Of a stretch of 64,000 nucleotides of DNA, positions 14,312-28,323 are shown piece by piece. The position numbers and the translations under genes are program-made. The notes under the pieces were generated by a model. The model ran no database searches. It worked only from the letters and a program-made list of their open reading frames with translations, and had not been told where the DNA came from. The stretch's first letter is position 1. Each line of letters starts with the position of its first letter. Origin of the DNA: Octopus vulgaris (taxonomy: Eukaryota); assembly GCA_951406725.2 (NCBI GenBank), contig OX597828.1:22878001-22942000 (forward strand). The letters are read 5' to 3'.

Positions 14312-14519
14312 GACCAAATGGTTCGTAATGGATATACCCTGTGATCGATTCCACTCCGTTGTATCTTGGCCTATAATCTTGGATTATTCCCTATATGCAG
14401 AGATCAAAAGAAGGAATTCCGAAGGAATTTTTCCAGAATTTCAAATTATTCTTGGCGTACATACCGAGTTACGGAGATCTCCTTCGAGACTTCCATTAGC
14501 ATCCTAGAATGTTCAGCAT

Positions 14520-14945
14520 CTTAGCCATTCATTCAATGGCGGTTAATTCATCCTACACGTGATAGCAGTTGTTCGACGAAAACTCACAAGGGAGCAATGT
14601 CCGGACACTGAACGACGGGGTGCAGAACGGTTTCATCACTCTGCGAACACCTTGGAAGGCCTGCCTGACAGCACATCTGTACCTATAGAGTTTATCTCGA
14701 ACACGTAGTGTTCTCCGCTTCGCGGTATCACTGCAAGGCTATGGATATCTGGAAATTATCTATGGTAGTTCTAGACCCGGAAAGTTCTCCATAATAGACT
14801 ATCCAGTTTGTTCAGAGTCTCTCCGAGAACGTCGTCGCACTTCCCCGTCACTAATGCTCTATAAATTTCTGTAGCGGAACATCCACCGGTTACGTTACCA
14901 GACTGGTACAGGGCTGTGAGCGCCTGACGACATTCGAATAAAAAA
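14520..14945 (-). mobile_element. L1/Tx1-clade LINE ORF2 fragment (zf-RVT/CCHC region)
   Basis: Minus strand: ECRQALTAL...IYRALV; DNFQIS; VRDKLYRY; PRCSQSDETVLHPVVQCP..L*.FVEQLL (CxxC-ET-H-C knuckle), with stops and frameshifts. Confidence 0.75.
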
Positions 14946-14959
14946 TAATTCATTATATT

Positions 14960-15121
14960 ACAGGCACGAGGTCTGATAACATCTACCCAACTAGTATTTA
15001 TTTTATCGACTCCGAAAGGACAAAAGGCAAGGACGAATTCGGTGACATTTCATCTCAGATCGTAACGAAATATCGCGTGGCATTTTCCCGATGTGCTATG
15101 AATCCTGCCAGCTTAGCGCTT
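14960..15121 (-). mobile_element. SINE family B (decayed)
   Basis: TTTATCGACTCCGAAAGGACAAAAGGCAA...CCTGCCAGCT. Confidence 0.7.
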
Positions 15122-15195
<74 letters not shown>

Positions 15196-15197
<2 letters not shown>

Positions 15198-15678
15198 ACC
15201 GGGAAAAGTAATGGACAAAAAAGGGAAGGCAAAAATCCTCGGGGACTTTGAATTCCAGACAAAGTATTAGAGCACCGAAGGCCGGATATAGTAACGGACA
15301 AACAAGAGTGCGTAATAATTGACTTGGCAATGCCAGGAGATCAACATATCATCATGAAAGAAGGAGAAATGGTTGATTAATATGGTGACTTGAGAATTGA
15401 AAACACTAATATGTGGCAGCCACAGCAGTCAAACATAAAAGTTATCCCTATTGTCATCGGAGTATTAGGTTCAGAACCACCCAATCTGTAGAAATATCTG
15501 AAACCTATGGAAATAAGCTAAAATCTAGATGTTTTGCAAAAGTCAGCATTACTTGGAACTGCAAAAGTCAGCATTACTTGCGTGAAGTATCGTCTGTCTG
15601 AAGTCCTTTTTGTGATTTGACAAACAGACACAATACCTTCAATCAAGAAACTCACGATAATATATGCTGTGCGACGTC

Positions 15679-15680
<2 letters not shown>
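15196..15680 (+). mobile_element. 5'-truncated Dong/R4-clade LINE: restriction-like endonuclease and 3' UTR
   Basis: KILGDFEFQT/KVLEHRRPDIV..ECVIIDLAMPGD...KE.E...YGDLRIE..NMW...VIPIVIGVLG...LQKSALLGTA; (TAA)n on both sides. Confidence 0.85.
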
Positions 15681-15721
<41 letters not shown>

Positions 15722-15723
<2 letters not shown>

Positions 15724-15813
15724 CCTTATCAGACGGGTAGTCATGATGGGTATACTGGGCTTCGTATATTTTACCCCAGTGTCACTTTGATGACATGCAC
15801 TGCTCTCTCACTC
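15722..15813 (+). mobile_element. 3' fragment of TAA-embedded non-coding family
   Basis: Near-identical to 31020-31111; (TAA)n on both sides. Confidence 0.9.
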
Positions 15814-15867
<54 letters not shown>

Positions 15868-15868
<1 letters not shown>

Positions 15869-16081
15869 GTTTCAGATTTTGCCACAAAAGCAGCAATTTT
15901 AGGGGAGGGAATGAGTCAATTACATTCATCGCAGTCTTTCACTGGTACTTAAATTATCGACCCCGGAAGGATAAAAGGCAAAGTCGACCTCGGCGGAGAT
16001 TGGGCTCAGAACACAGTAGTAAACGAAATACCGCTAAGCATTTCGTCCAGCAGGCTCACGATTCTCCCAGCTAACCGCCTT
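15868..16081 (-). mobile_element. SINE family B
   Basis: TATCGACCCCGGAAGGATAAAAGGCAAAGTCGACCTCGGCGGA...CGAAATACCGCTAAGCATTTCGTCC. Confidence 0.85.
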
Positions 16082-16104
16082 AACTACTACTACTACTACT
16101 AGTT

Positions 16105-16156
<52 letters not shown>

Positions 16157-16175
16157 CAGCAGCAGCAACAACAAC

Positions 16176-16243
<68 letters not shown>

Positions 16244-16414
16244 TAGTAGTAGTCTTGACATTCATAACAGAAGAAAGCTGAATGTAGGTATGTAAGCCAA
16301 AATTTCTCCGATCATCCTTTCGCCTCCGCGGAATGTGATATATTATATTCTAAGCCTCTAGACCATACATACATACATACATACATAACTACATACATAG
16401 ATACACTCACACAC

Positions 16415-16480
<66 letters not shown>

Positions 16481-17154
16481 CATATACAGAGGGAGAGAGA
16501 GAGGCTGCTGCTTAAATGAAAATTTATGGACTCGTAGTAGTTCTCAGTATTTTACAGTCAACACATTGACCATTTAGCTGGCGGCATATTACATATTCTA
16601 CAGCAATAAAACATAGTAATTTTGAGGAAACAACGGAAATAATGGTAATTTACCGCCATCACTGTAGCCAAATACCGGACCAAAGTAATAATTCAAAAAT
16701 CTATTTATTGTTTTAACATACATCAACACATGTTCGTTTGGTAGTATTTTTGTTTGGTTTTTGTACTTCTGTTATTTGTTTTCGCTTTTGTTTCTTTTCC
16801 TGTAAAACTATTCTTTCAGAGGAATTGCTAGAATCTTGATGAAAATGTTGTTCGGTATTTAGCTGTTGTTTAGAACAGCGCCAAGCCCTATCTTGTATGT
16901 GTAGTGATATATATATGTGATGGGTATGAAAACGATAATGCGTGGATGATTGGCCGCTGATGATGATAAATGATGCTGATGGTGATGATGATAATGATGA
17001 TGACGACAACGGCGACGAGGACGATGATGATGATGATTTTGATGATTTATATTTATGTGTGAAGACGCATGTGCTAATATTTAGGCGCATTGCATTCACA
17101 ATCGTGACATAGTGGCTTAGAATTCCAGTCCAGCTACGTGTTATGTTCTTATGC

Positions 17155-17300
17155 AAATCACTTCGTCTCCTTTTGTTCCGGTCGACTCAGCAGTAAATAG
17201 TTAACACTGCCGAGGACGAACCTTCCGATCAGAGGAAAAGTTGGCCTTCTCTCCTAGCCAGCGGGGTGGCATCCTTCGAAAGGTAAAACACTGCATAGGG
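17155..17300 (+). mobile_element. SINE fragment with CORE-like segment
   Basis: GCAAATCACTT...TCCGGTCGACTCAGCAGTAAATAG resembles the core of the 21315 element. Confidence 0.45.
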
Positions 17301-17467
17301 CGAATAACTCTTTCGTTTAGGCATACCGTTACCTAACTGCACTATGTACGATACACAGATTGCTATTCTCATCTAATACTTTTCTGTCGCAAATAACGTA
17401 TATACGATCATACATACCTGTATCTATAAATACTCTCATACACACATATATAAATATATATATGTAA

Positions 17468-17534
<67 letters not shown>

Positions 17535-17550
17535 TATATACGCATATGTA

Positions 17551-17665
17551 TACGACGGACTTTGGTCGGCCCTATAGTAGAAGGAACCTGCCCAAGATGC
17601 GATGCAGTGGGACTGAAACCGGAACCATGTGGTTTGTAAGCAAGCTACTCACCACACACCCGCTC
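17551..17665 (-). mobile_element. SINE family A (internally deleted)
   Basis: CTTTGGTCGGCC..TATAGTAGAAG..CCCAAG..GCAGTGGGACTGAAACCGGAACCATGTGG. Confidence 0.8.
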
Positions 17666-18079
17666 ATCGCCTATATATATATATATATATGTATATGTTG
17701 GTTTATCCCGACTTGCACTTTCGCCCGCGAAACCTTTTTACTTGCATTTTCAAAACGTTAAATCGACCTAAATTAAACATTTATGTCGATCTGTAACAAA
17801 ATGTCTCTTTTTCCCACTTTATATCCGCAATAAAATTGCACTGCTTCCCCATTTATTCCCGAATATCTAGGTTCCTTACTTGATTTATTTTCTTTGTCGC
17901 TTTTTCTTTCTTTTTATTATGCTGTTTCTTTTTTATTTACCTCTTTCTTTTTTCGTAGTCTTTCCTTTATTTTTCTTCACCTTTTGCTTATGAATATGAA
18001 TGCATGCATTGGTCTTTTGAATTACGAAGATAAATTATACAAAAATGATCATTCATTTATCTCAAATTCTAACTCTACC

Positions 18080-18080
18080 A

Positions 18081-18162
<82 letters not shown>

Positions 18163-18185
18163 GTCTGTCTATCTATCTATCTATC

Positions 18186-18235
<50 letters not shown>

Positions 18236-18267
18236 ACTCTCATATATCTATCTAACTCTCTCTCTAT

Positions 18268-18313
<46 letters not shown>

Positions 18314-18395
18314 GTCTATCTATCTATCTATTTATCTATCTATCTATCTAACTCTATATATCTATCTAACTCTCATATATCTATCTAACTCTCTC

Positions 18396-18468
<73 letters not shown>

Positions 18469-18480
18469 TATCTATCTCTA
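18080..18480 (+). repeat. (CTAT)n tetranucleotide array with repeated AACTCTCATATATCTATCTAACTCTCTC interruptions
   Basis: Directly visible. Confidence 0.97.
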
Positions 18481-18532
18481 TCTCTGTTTATGTATGTATG
18501 CATGTATGTATATATGTATGTATGTATCTATC

Positions 18533-18563
<31 letters not shown>

Positions 18564-18795
18564 CCAGCAAGCTAGGTGTACATTTGTCCCTTTGTCTCTT
18601 AGCCTGTGTGCCCATTTATCTGTTTATCTGTGTGCCCATTTATCTGTTTATCTACCCTGCGATATCCATCGATCTATCTTTCTGTATATTATAATTTATT
18701 AATCAATGTACATGCATATCTACGTACACATGCGCTAACACGCATACACAAAAACACATATACATACATGTATATGCATATAAACACGCATATAT

Positions 18796-18847
<52 letters not shown>

Positions 18848-20268
18848 GTATATATTCAAACACACTCACACACACCACACATACAAATACACACACATAT
18901 ACTCACAAACCCTTACATACACGTATCCTTTTTACGTACCGAGAGAGAGGGAAATAATAAAGATATGTGAATGGACGAAGAACAAATGTCTTTATATCGG
19001 TGTATAAGTCTGTGAAATGTGCGAGACGCTAAGTTATATGTATACGTGATAACAAATTGCTTCTCTGCATATGTCTATGAAAGCGGATTCTATGTGTGTA
19101 TGTACGCGTACATGTGAGTGTGTGTGTGTGTCTGTCTGTAGCACTGTCTAAGAGAATGTATTGATTATATTGTTGCACTTCATTTTGCTTTTATTTCTGA
19201 TACACGAACATACATACACATATATACACATATACACACACACATATATATGTATGTATTTATATACCTATATGTAGTATGTATTTATTTATGTATGTAT
19301 ATATATTTGTGTGAGTGTATCTATGTATCTCTGTATCTCTATCTATACATATGTATGTATCTATGCATATGTATGCGTGTATATATTTATATCTTTGTTT
19401 TCGTTTATTTAATTTCTTTTTAGTATTGTTTATAGATACTCCAAGGATTATCGGCTAATTTCAAGTGTTATTCAAAAGTTATTCATCATCGTATTAATCT
19501 CTTTCTTGCTAAGTCTATCAAAGGAATCTTGAATCAGTTCTGTTCTGTTCAACAATATATATAATATATTGAATAGAGAAACATTGAATGAAAATATTCT
19601 ATTGATTATAATCAATTTCACATCCGGAATTTTCAAACTTCCAACTATTCGTTTCTCGCAATCGCCACCACTATCTCCCGCCATTACCACCACATCCACC
19701 ACCACCAACACCACCAACAACAACAACAACAACAAGTACAGCAATAACCCGACCACCGCCACAACCGTCATCAACGACGTCAATGACAATAGCAGCACTT
19801 TAGCGTCTTGCCACCCAATATCACCGCACCACTTCAGCACAGCACGTCACTTCCCCTTTTAGGCTCATATATCTAGCTGGCTATCAAAACTACTTATGTT
19901 TAAATTTAAATATGTGTAGCACCTGGTTCGTTGTGTGAGGTTGAACACTATCCGGGAATTAATTTCCAGCGCAGATTTTCATTTGTCTCCAAGAAGTAAT
20001 ATAAAATTTAATAAAAATAAAATTTAACAAATACATAATAAATACGATAATTCCCTCACCCCACCACACAAAAAATAACACAAAAATAGTTATAAATGTC
20101 AAAAGAAACACAAGTAAAAGAAAATATAATATATAACCTTTGGTTTTGTTTTGACTTCACGTTCTTCATGTATTGACGATGTTGTGGTTGATTTTTTTCT
20201 ATATTTTTGTTATTGTTCTTCTTGTTATTTTTCTATTACTCCTCACCTTCGTCCTTCTTCATCATCAT

Positions 20269-20339
<71 letters not shown>

Positions 20340-20387
20340 CATCATTATTATTATTATTAGTAGTAGTAGTAGTAGTAGTAGTAGTAC

Positions 20388-20440
<53 letters not shown>

Positions 20441-20592
20441 TTAACATTATTATTATTATCATTACTGTTATTATTGTTGGTATTGTTTTATTATAATTTT
20501 CATCATCATTATTATTATTGTTATTATTGTGTTTGTCATAAGTAGTTTTAATTGTATAAGGGTACAAATGTAAACACAAGCATCTTTGTTAC

Positions 20593-20631
<39 letters not shown>

Positions 20632-21098
20632 TAATATTAATATTATTATGATTGTTAAGCTCATCATCATCATCGTCGTCGCAGCCATCACCATCAACGC
20701 AATCATCATCATCATCATTATTATCATCCTCACCGTCCATCTTCTCCTCCTCCTCCTCATCATCATCACCATCATCATCGGCATTATTCGTGCTGCTTTT
20801 ATCATTATTATTTCTCTTGTTATTGTCATTTATTTCGCGTTCATTTCTTCATTAATATGAATAGACTTTGCCATTGAGGTTAATGATTTTTATACCGAAA
20901 TGCAATGATTGAATAGAGCTATAGATATAAAAATAGAGAATCAAAGCACTAGCACACTTTATACAAGACTTCGTGTATCTATATACATATGTATATATAC
21001 TTCTCTATGTATCTATGTGTATCATTACTCAAGGAGATAGGTACATGTGTGCCTAGGTATATATATATATATATATATATATCTGCCAATGTATCTTC

Positions 21099-21138
<40 letters not shown>

Positions 21139-21314
21139 ATGTATAAAAAAAACAGGACGCAAAGTATTCATCGGTACATATGTTTCGGGCTACATATCCT
21201 ATCACCTATACCACTAGCTGGCATATACAGGTGCTCACAGTTATCAAGTATTCACCCTGTATTTATTGTATATTTATATATATATATATACATATATATA
21301 TACATATATATATC

Positions 21315-21625
21315 ACTCAGTGGTTAGCGCGTGAAGTTGTGAGTTCGATTCCCGGACCGGTCTGCACGTTGTGTTCGTGAGCAAGACATTTTATTTGCCG
21401 TCGCTCCAGTTCATTCAGCAGTAGAAATCAGTTGTGACGTCACTGGTGCTAAGCTCTATCGGCCCCTTTTGCCTTTCCTTTGGATAACATCAGTGGCATG
21501 AAGATAGGGGACTGGTACGCTTGGGTGACTGCTGGCCTACCATAAACAAATTTACTCAGACTTGTGTCTCGGAGGGGAACATTCTGGGTACAATACTATG
21601 GTCATTCATGACCGAAGGTGGTCAC
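21315..21625 (+). mobile_element. tRNA-derived CORE-type SINE, family C
   Basis: CAGTGGTTAG (A box), GAGTTCGATTCC (B box), core GAGCAAGACATTTTATTT..GCTCCAGTTCATTCAGC.GTAGAAAT. Confidence 0.75.
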
Positions 21626-21626
21626 G

Positions 21627-21800
<174 letters not shown>

Positions 21801-21862
21801 GTATATATATAGCATTATTAAATCTCAGAACGAGATGTAAACAGTAATCGCTCGACAACGTA

Positions 21863-22133
21863 AAGTATAATAGCCATTATATATTTCCATTCAGACTTTC
21901 CCTTTCATCGTGATCCGGTGATTACCGCCCGTTGATAAGAGGCAACAACCTCGAAAGTGTCAGTCCGGTCCGTATCACTTAGGCTTACGAGAAAGGGATG
22001 GCCTCCCCTTTGCAAATACCATAAGGGCACAGATAGTGTGCCTAAAGCCAGCTGGAGACGATGATCTCCTGGGACTAAAAAACTACAGTAACCCCCCCCC
22101 TTTGTGGTTAGCCATATCGAGATGGCTATTATA

Positions 22134-22136
<3 letters not shown>
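21863..22136 (+). mobile_element. Mini-element with 15-bp inverted ends carrying a hammerhead ribozyme
   Basis: AAGTATAATAGCCAT (21863-77) and ATGGCTATTATACTT (22122-36) form a perfect inverted repeat; lies between (TA)n tracts. Confidence 0.65.
21899..21998 (+). ncRNA. Type-I hammerhead ribozyme fold (U3-A8 core variant)
   Basis: ccg-TTGATAA-gagg caacaa cctc-GAAA-gtgtcag-TC-cgg; stem I extended by gtgat/atcac, tcgtga/ttacga and tccctttc/gaaaggga. Confidence 0.7.
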
Positions 22137-22175
<39 letters not shown>

Positions 22176-22240
22176 AAGGTATATTATATATATATATATG
22201 TAAATATGCATATATATATATGTATATATATATATTTATA

Positions 22241-22308
<68 letters not shown>

Positions 22309-22497
22309 TGTGTGTGCATATATGTTTATGTTGATATACATGTACATGCGCACGAACTTGTATTCATTGATATGCATCACGCTGCTTGGATTGCAAATCT
22401 ATTGTGTTTGACTAATGATATCACCTCCACCTCGCTCATTCCTTCTCATACTCTTTCCGTGTATATTTGAAGTAGTGTGATCGTATATGATTTCCAA

Positions 22498-22552
<55 letters not shown>

Positions 22553-23200
22553 GGCACACACCACGAGAAAACGTGAAGCTAGAGAGAATATTGAAAGATT
22601 GTACAGGGCCAACTCTTTTAGATATTGAAAGACCAAGATCGAAAACACAAATTAAATACGTGAAATGAATAGAAAATTCATGGAAAATAACATTACGTAT
22701 CTGTAACGAATCTGAATAAGAAAGATAACTATTAATACTAGCATTTAACGAGAGTGAAGATCTTTTAAACCCGTGGTCCTGAAAACAAAACACTTCAGTA
22801 TAACCACACTTATAGAGATAGAGAAATTCACGCACACATATATATATGAATATAGAAGGTGCCTATTGCACAACAGGTGTATCGAATATACAAAATATTC
22901 TACATGCCCGTTTCTGTCTCTCATTTCTTCATCTACTTTTTACCACTCCCTTATTCTCTCTCTCACTTTCGTTCGTCCCTTCTATGTTACAATCTTTTCT
23001 CGTTTATTATATCATTCTTGTAACAGTCTAGTAGAGAGACTAGCTCTTTTAGTCTGGTGCTTATTCTATCCGTCTATATTACTGAACTGCTAAGTTACTT
23101 GTTTTCAAGCGGGAGCGCTGAAACAAACACAGGCAAAAAGACACACACACGCACACTCATGCACGCACACACACACACATACACACAGACACACACAATA

Positions 23201-23345
23201 TGCTTCTTTCAGTTTCCGTCTACCCATTCCGCTCACATGACTTTGGTCAACCCCACGCTGTAGAAAAAAGATGCTTGCCCAATGTGCCATGCAGTGGGAC
23301 CAAACCCGGAAGCAACCTCTTCTTGTAACCACACAGTGACGCCTG
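23201..23345 (-). mobile_element. SINE family A
   Basis: CTTCTTTCAGTTTCCGTCTACC...CTTTGGTC...CTTGCCCAATGTGCCATGCAGTGGGAC. Confidence 0.8.
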
Positions 23346-23945
23346 GAGTACTCTTCGAAAAGAGTAAAGTGCCTTACTATCTGGCCAAACTGTCATATAT
23401 TGTCATGTATTTCTTTTCATAATGTTAGACGAAACATCAAGACATAAATACTCTCGAGAAACTTCAGAGAGCAGCCTTATATCTTTAGTATGCAAATGTT
23501 TGCAGATATCTTATTAATGTTATGCTTCCAAACTCAAATACATTTGCATTATTGCGCTATTCTTCGTTAACTGTAGATTTACATAAGAGCTTTATTTATT
23601 GTTTTATTATTGCAAACAGCTTTCTCATTTGACAGGAATATTTCGTCATTTTTAATGTTCAGTTTATCGTAGTTTCTTACTTCTAGATTCGTTAACTGTT
23701 CCGATGATAAGAATTTTTGTATGTGTAGTCTAATTTATTTGACTATATTCCTTTACAACATTAACCTTATAATGATTTCATGCTCCTATCTTTAAGTAAT
23801 TTGCGTTAACAAAATTCAGATGGATTCATATATGAAATGAATGCTTCTGTTGCGAGTTTACACCAAGTGCAAATTTCCTTATGTACGTATTTACCTGTGT
23901 ATGCGACTGTGAACTTGAATATCTGCTTATGTTGTGTGTGTGTCT

Positions 23946-24013
<68 letters not shown>

Positions 24014-24650
24014 TACAGTATCTATATGTGTATATATGTATGAGTAAGAATATATATATATGTATACATATACAATATATATATATATACTCACACGTAG
24101 ATATACTGACACACAGGTACAAACACAAACATGCGCACACATATATATGCATATGTGTACGTCTGTGCATTTATGTTGCAGCTTGAATACATATCCATAA
24201 TTATTGCAAGTTATTAGTTATACTTCCTACAATTTTTCCGAACATGTCTTTGCTGTTGGTTATTAGTGTTAGTAGACTAATAATCAAAATAAGTACAGCT
24301 ATCAAATTTGATGTTGAATCGCACTAGAGAGGCTTTGTGCTACTTGCCAAACGATAGACGGCTAATTAAGAAATCATAACGTTGAAAATATCTTGAAAGT
24401 TGAAAGGAAATATTGCAAGGAAAATTTGCTGTAGATTTATTTACAAACCCTAATTGGATCTATACTCCCAGGAGTACGAAACCGTTCATCACTAATAATA
24501 AATGCCCTCCACGTTGTAGCAGCAGTGGTGGAATGGTAAGAGTAAGGGGAAGCAGAGATAGGAACTGAGGAAAGGCAAGAACTAATGAATATGATTTTCA
24601 GTATTAAGTTGTCGTAAACTATATATGCATGCATACATACTTATATACAT

Positions 24651-24701
<51 letters not shown>

Positions 24702-24879
24702 AATATATATGTATATATATATATATGTATGTGTATAAATATATATATATATATATGTATAAATATATGTATATATATATATGTATATATATAAATATAT
24801 ATATATATGTATATATATGTATAAATATATATATAGATATATACATATATACATATATATATATATGTATATATATGTG

Positions 24880-24920
<41 letters not shown>

Positions 24921-25049
24921 TTGTGTATTTGCACCTGGTGCTTGTTATATCGGACTCTTTTGCCGAGGTTACGCCAAGTTAGGAGCACGTAAACACGGCA
25001 ACACCGATTGTCAGTGGAGGTGGGAGGGAAAGACAGCCACAAAGACACT

Positions 25050-25111
<62 letters not shown>

Positions 25112-25179
25112 CACACACGCATACACACACCCAAACAAACGCCCGCACATATGCATACATACATACATATTCAGGTTTC

Positions 25180-25944
25180 TAAATTACGCAGAAATGGAAA
25201 TAACACTGACATTTCATTTTAATAGATTACCAAACTTACATAAAAAAACCTTGAAATAGTATAGAGTATACTTATTCAATAAAATTGCCAGTGGATACAA
25301 TCACGATCTCCAGATAACTTCGGAATGTCCTGCAGATCTTCTGGACAATCTCCTTGTTTAAGTTGGTGAATGCTGCCATAATCATTGCGCTCGGTTCATA
25401 TTTGGTGTTACAAGGTTTGTTGGTCTCTCGTTCAACTGGGTCCCACACATAATAATCGAGGGTGTTGCACTTTGAGTATTGAAGTGGCCAGATGTTTGGT
25501 GGTGAGTTCTGTTGCCACACATTCAGTCTTCCAGCATCCACCCTCTAGACGCAGGATAGCACTACCTCCTGAAGGCACTTGATGGAGGCCTTCGTGTTTG
25601 GTCTGAAGCCGTGTGGAAGCATAACTTCGCTGTCACTAGTGATCACTCCAAACACCATGATATTGACTGGATATTTGATTTTTATCCCTCTCCGTACATG
25701 TCCTCAGGCTAACACCCAAATACTCTGAAATTATCGTATTGGAACTTCCGGTGCGAATGCCAAGCCGTACGGCATATTGTTTCCAAGTTTCTGGCAGAGT
25801 GGATTGCTTTATGGTGATATTTTTCTTATAGACGGTGCCCAACTGTCTTTACTATAGTGTGCAGTCAACAAAATAAAAAAATACTGTGCTCATGCGCGAA
25901 ATAATTCATATAAAATTACGACAATTTACCCATTGCACACTGTA
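25180..25944 (-). mobile_element. Decayed Tc1/mariner DNA transposon (DDxD type), internally deleted
   Basis: C-terminus VWQQNS..PNIWP..S.CNTLDYYVWDPVERETNK..CNTK...ICRTFRSYLE.VI...GNFIE (compare WPPxSPDxNPLDYxVW); N-terminal ORF 25636-25842; one end reads TA-CAGTGTGCAATGGGTAAATTGTC. Confidence 0.85.
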
Positions 25945-25949
25945 GATAG

Positions 25950-26067
<118 letters not shown>

Positions 26068-26145
26068 CTGCGATGAGTATATCTCAGTTCCCATCTGCCA
26101 AAACTATTCACAATGATTTCGTCAGCCGGACGCTGTAGTAGAACA

Positions 26146-26224
<79 letters not shown>

Positions 26225-26569
26225 GCGAACGCACACATACACACACAGACACACACACACGCACACATATATATATGTGTACGTATATATTGAATTCTGA
26301 TACTCCAGCCATGTATGTATACGCCCGGTGTTCATAAATTTCGAAGTCGATATAATAATATCTATCTGTCACGTACTGGGTTTCATGCCATCAATTATAT
26401 GATTCTGCAGAAGAAAAAAACAAAAACAAAAAGAAAAACGAAATAGAGAAATCAACGCACATAAAACAGTCCCAGAAAATATGGCCCGTGAGCCTGCTAT
26501 GTTCTGATTTCTTCTTGTTCTCGCGATTATTCTTGTTGTTGTTCAGTATTCATCTACTGCATCGCATGA

Positions 26570-26610
26570 AACTGCTACGACTACTACAGCCGCTATTACT
26601 ACTAATACTG

Positions 26611-26644
<34 letters not shown>

Positions 26645-26820
26645 CACTACTACCACTACTGCTGACACCACTACCGTTACACCTACTACTCCCACTATCA
26701 CCTTCAATATTGCTACCCTTACTACCCTTACTACCACTGCTGCTACAATGATCATTAGTTTTATTACTACTACTACTACTACTACTTCCGCTGCTGCTAC
26801 TGCTATTACTACTCCTGCTG

Positions 26821-26854
<34 letters not shown>

Positions 26855-27000
26855 CTTCACTACTACTGCTGCTGCTGCTACTACTACTACTACTGTTACC
26901 CATGCTACTGCTACATCTACTACTACCATTACCACTGCTACTACTACAATGATCATTAGTCTTACTACTACTACTACTACTGCCACAACGGCTGCTGCTT
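26570..27000 (+). repeat. Degenerate (CTA/CTG)n array with about 200-bp higher-order duplication
   Basis: CTACAATGATCATTAGT occurs at about 26743 and 26944 within CTA repeats. Confidence 0.85.
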
Positions 27001-27853
27001 CCCCAGCATCTACTTATAGCCTCTCCTGTCGCTCTCAATGTCTGTAGTCTTTTGGTGGTTCCTGTATTTGGTGACCGTGGAATTGAATCTGTTACACTAC
27101 ACCTCTATTGCACTGTTATGGTGGAATTTTCCTTTTCGGTTGTCTTTGTTTTTCTGTTTCTTTTTTCTCTGATGTTTTCTTAGCGTGTCTTCTCTTTCTC
27201 CAGATCTTCATATCTGGAGAATTTGTCCGCTTCTTTGATTGATAGATTATCGGTTGTTGAGACTGAAATATCGATTAGAAAGCAACTTTGTTTATTAAAG
27301 ATGTTTCATCAAAAATATGTATATATAAAACCAAGTATATTCTGTCTAGATTGGCATATTTTAGAGGGGGGGTTGTTTATCATTCGCTAGAAATATCAGC
27401 CGATTTAAACGAAGTACGACATACTGATATAGCATATTCTATTACGTAATGAATTTTTACATACACTACGACTGAAAATCACGTAATCTCATTGGTCGAA
27501 AGCATTTTACGTCACCGGATTCCAACCCGGGCCGCATCAGTAAAGTCTCCCCGCTCTATTTCTCGGCCTACCATCACTGCTTCGAGGTCCTGGATACATT
27601 ACAAGCCAGTGTCTGCAATCAGGTTGTTGATGTGTGACGACAATTTCTTTTTCGTACAACGCCATGATGTTGGTAATAGAGCATCTTCTTGACACGAGTA
27701 GTAATGTGGTTCTGTATCTTATCTTTCCGACAGAGAGGAACGACAAAGTTGATGTCAGTAGGTTTTGAACGCAACATGCGTGAATATATACCATTATCTT
27801 TAAATAGTGTGTATACACACACACACACACACGTGCGCATGCAAATATTCATA

Positions 27854-27911
<58 letters not shown>

Positions 27912-28258
27912 GTAGCATTTTTGTGTAGCAACAAATTAGCTCTTCAAATAATATTTTTTTCAGAGTCCATATTTCACGATACATATATATATATAATATA
28001 ATAATAAATAAAATAAAACATATGCATATATATAAACATATATGTACGTACCTACCTCTACATGTACATATACACGCATATATGAGTACAGGACACCAAA
28101 AGGACGTCGAACACAATGAGAAACGAAAACATAGACACAAACCAAAGGAACTGGACATTTATTTAAAAACAGCAAAAAAATAGAGTACAGGGCAATTAAC
28201 ACAAGGAAAAACCACTTCTTCAGTCGCTAAAGGTTTCATCTACTCTACGTTTCGAAGG

Positions 28259-28323
<65 letters not shown>

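Noticed and set aside
18605-18652. 24-bp tandem duplication
   Set aside because: Ordinary slippage duplication next to a CTAT array
19472-19862. Low-complexity ORFs (poly-T/N or H/Q) resembling a transcription-factor exon
   Set aside because: All frames simply reflect a (CAC/CAA)n tract; no domain or clear splice donor
28085-28260. Minus-strand GAAACGTAGAGTA...CTGAAGA as a type-II hammerhead
   Set aside because: Stems I and II cannot be formed; treated only as a (TA)n-flanked repeat fragment
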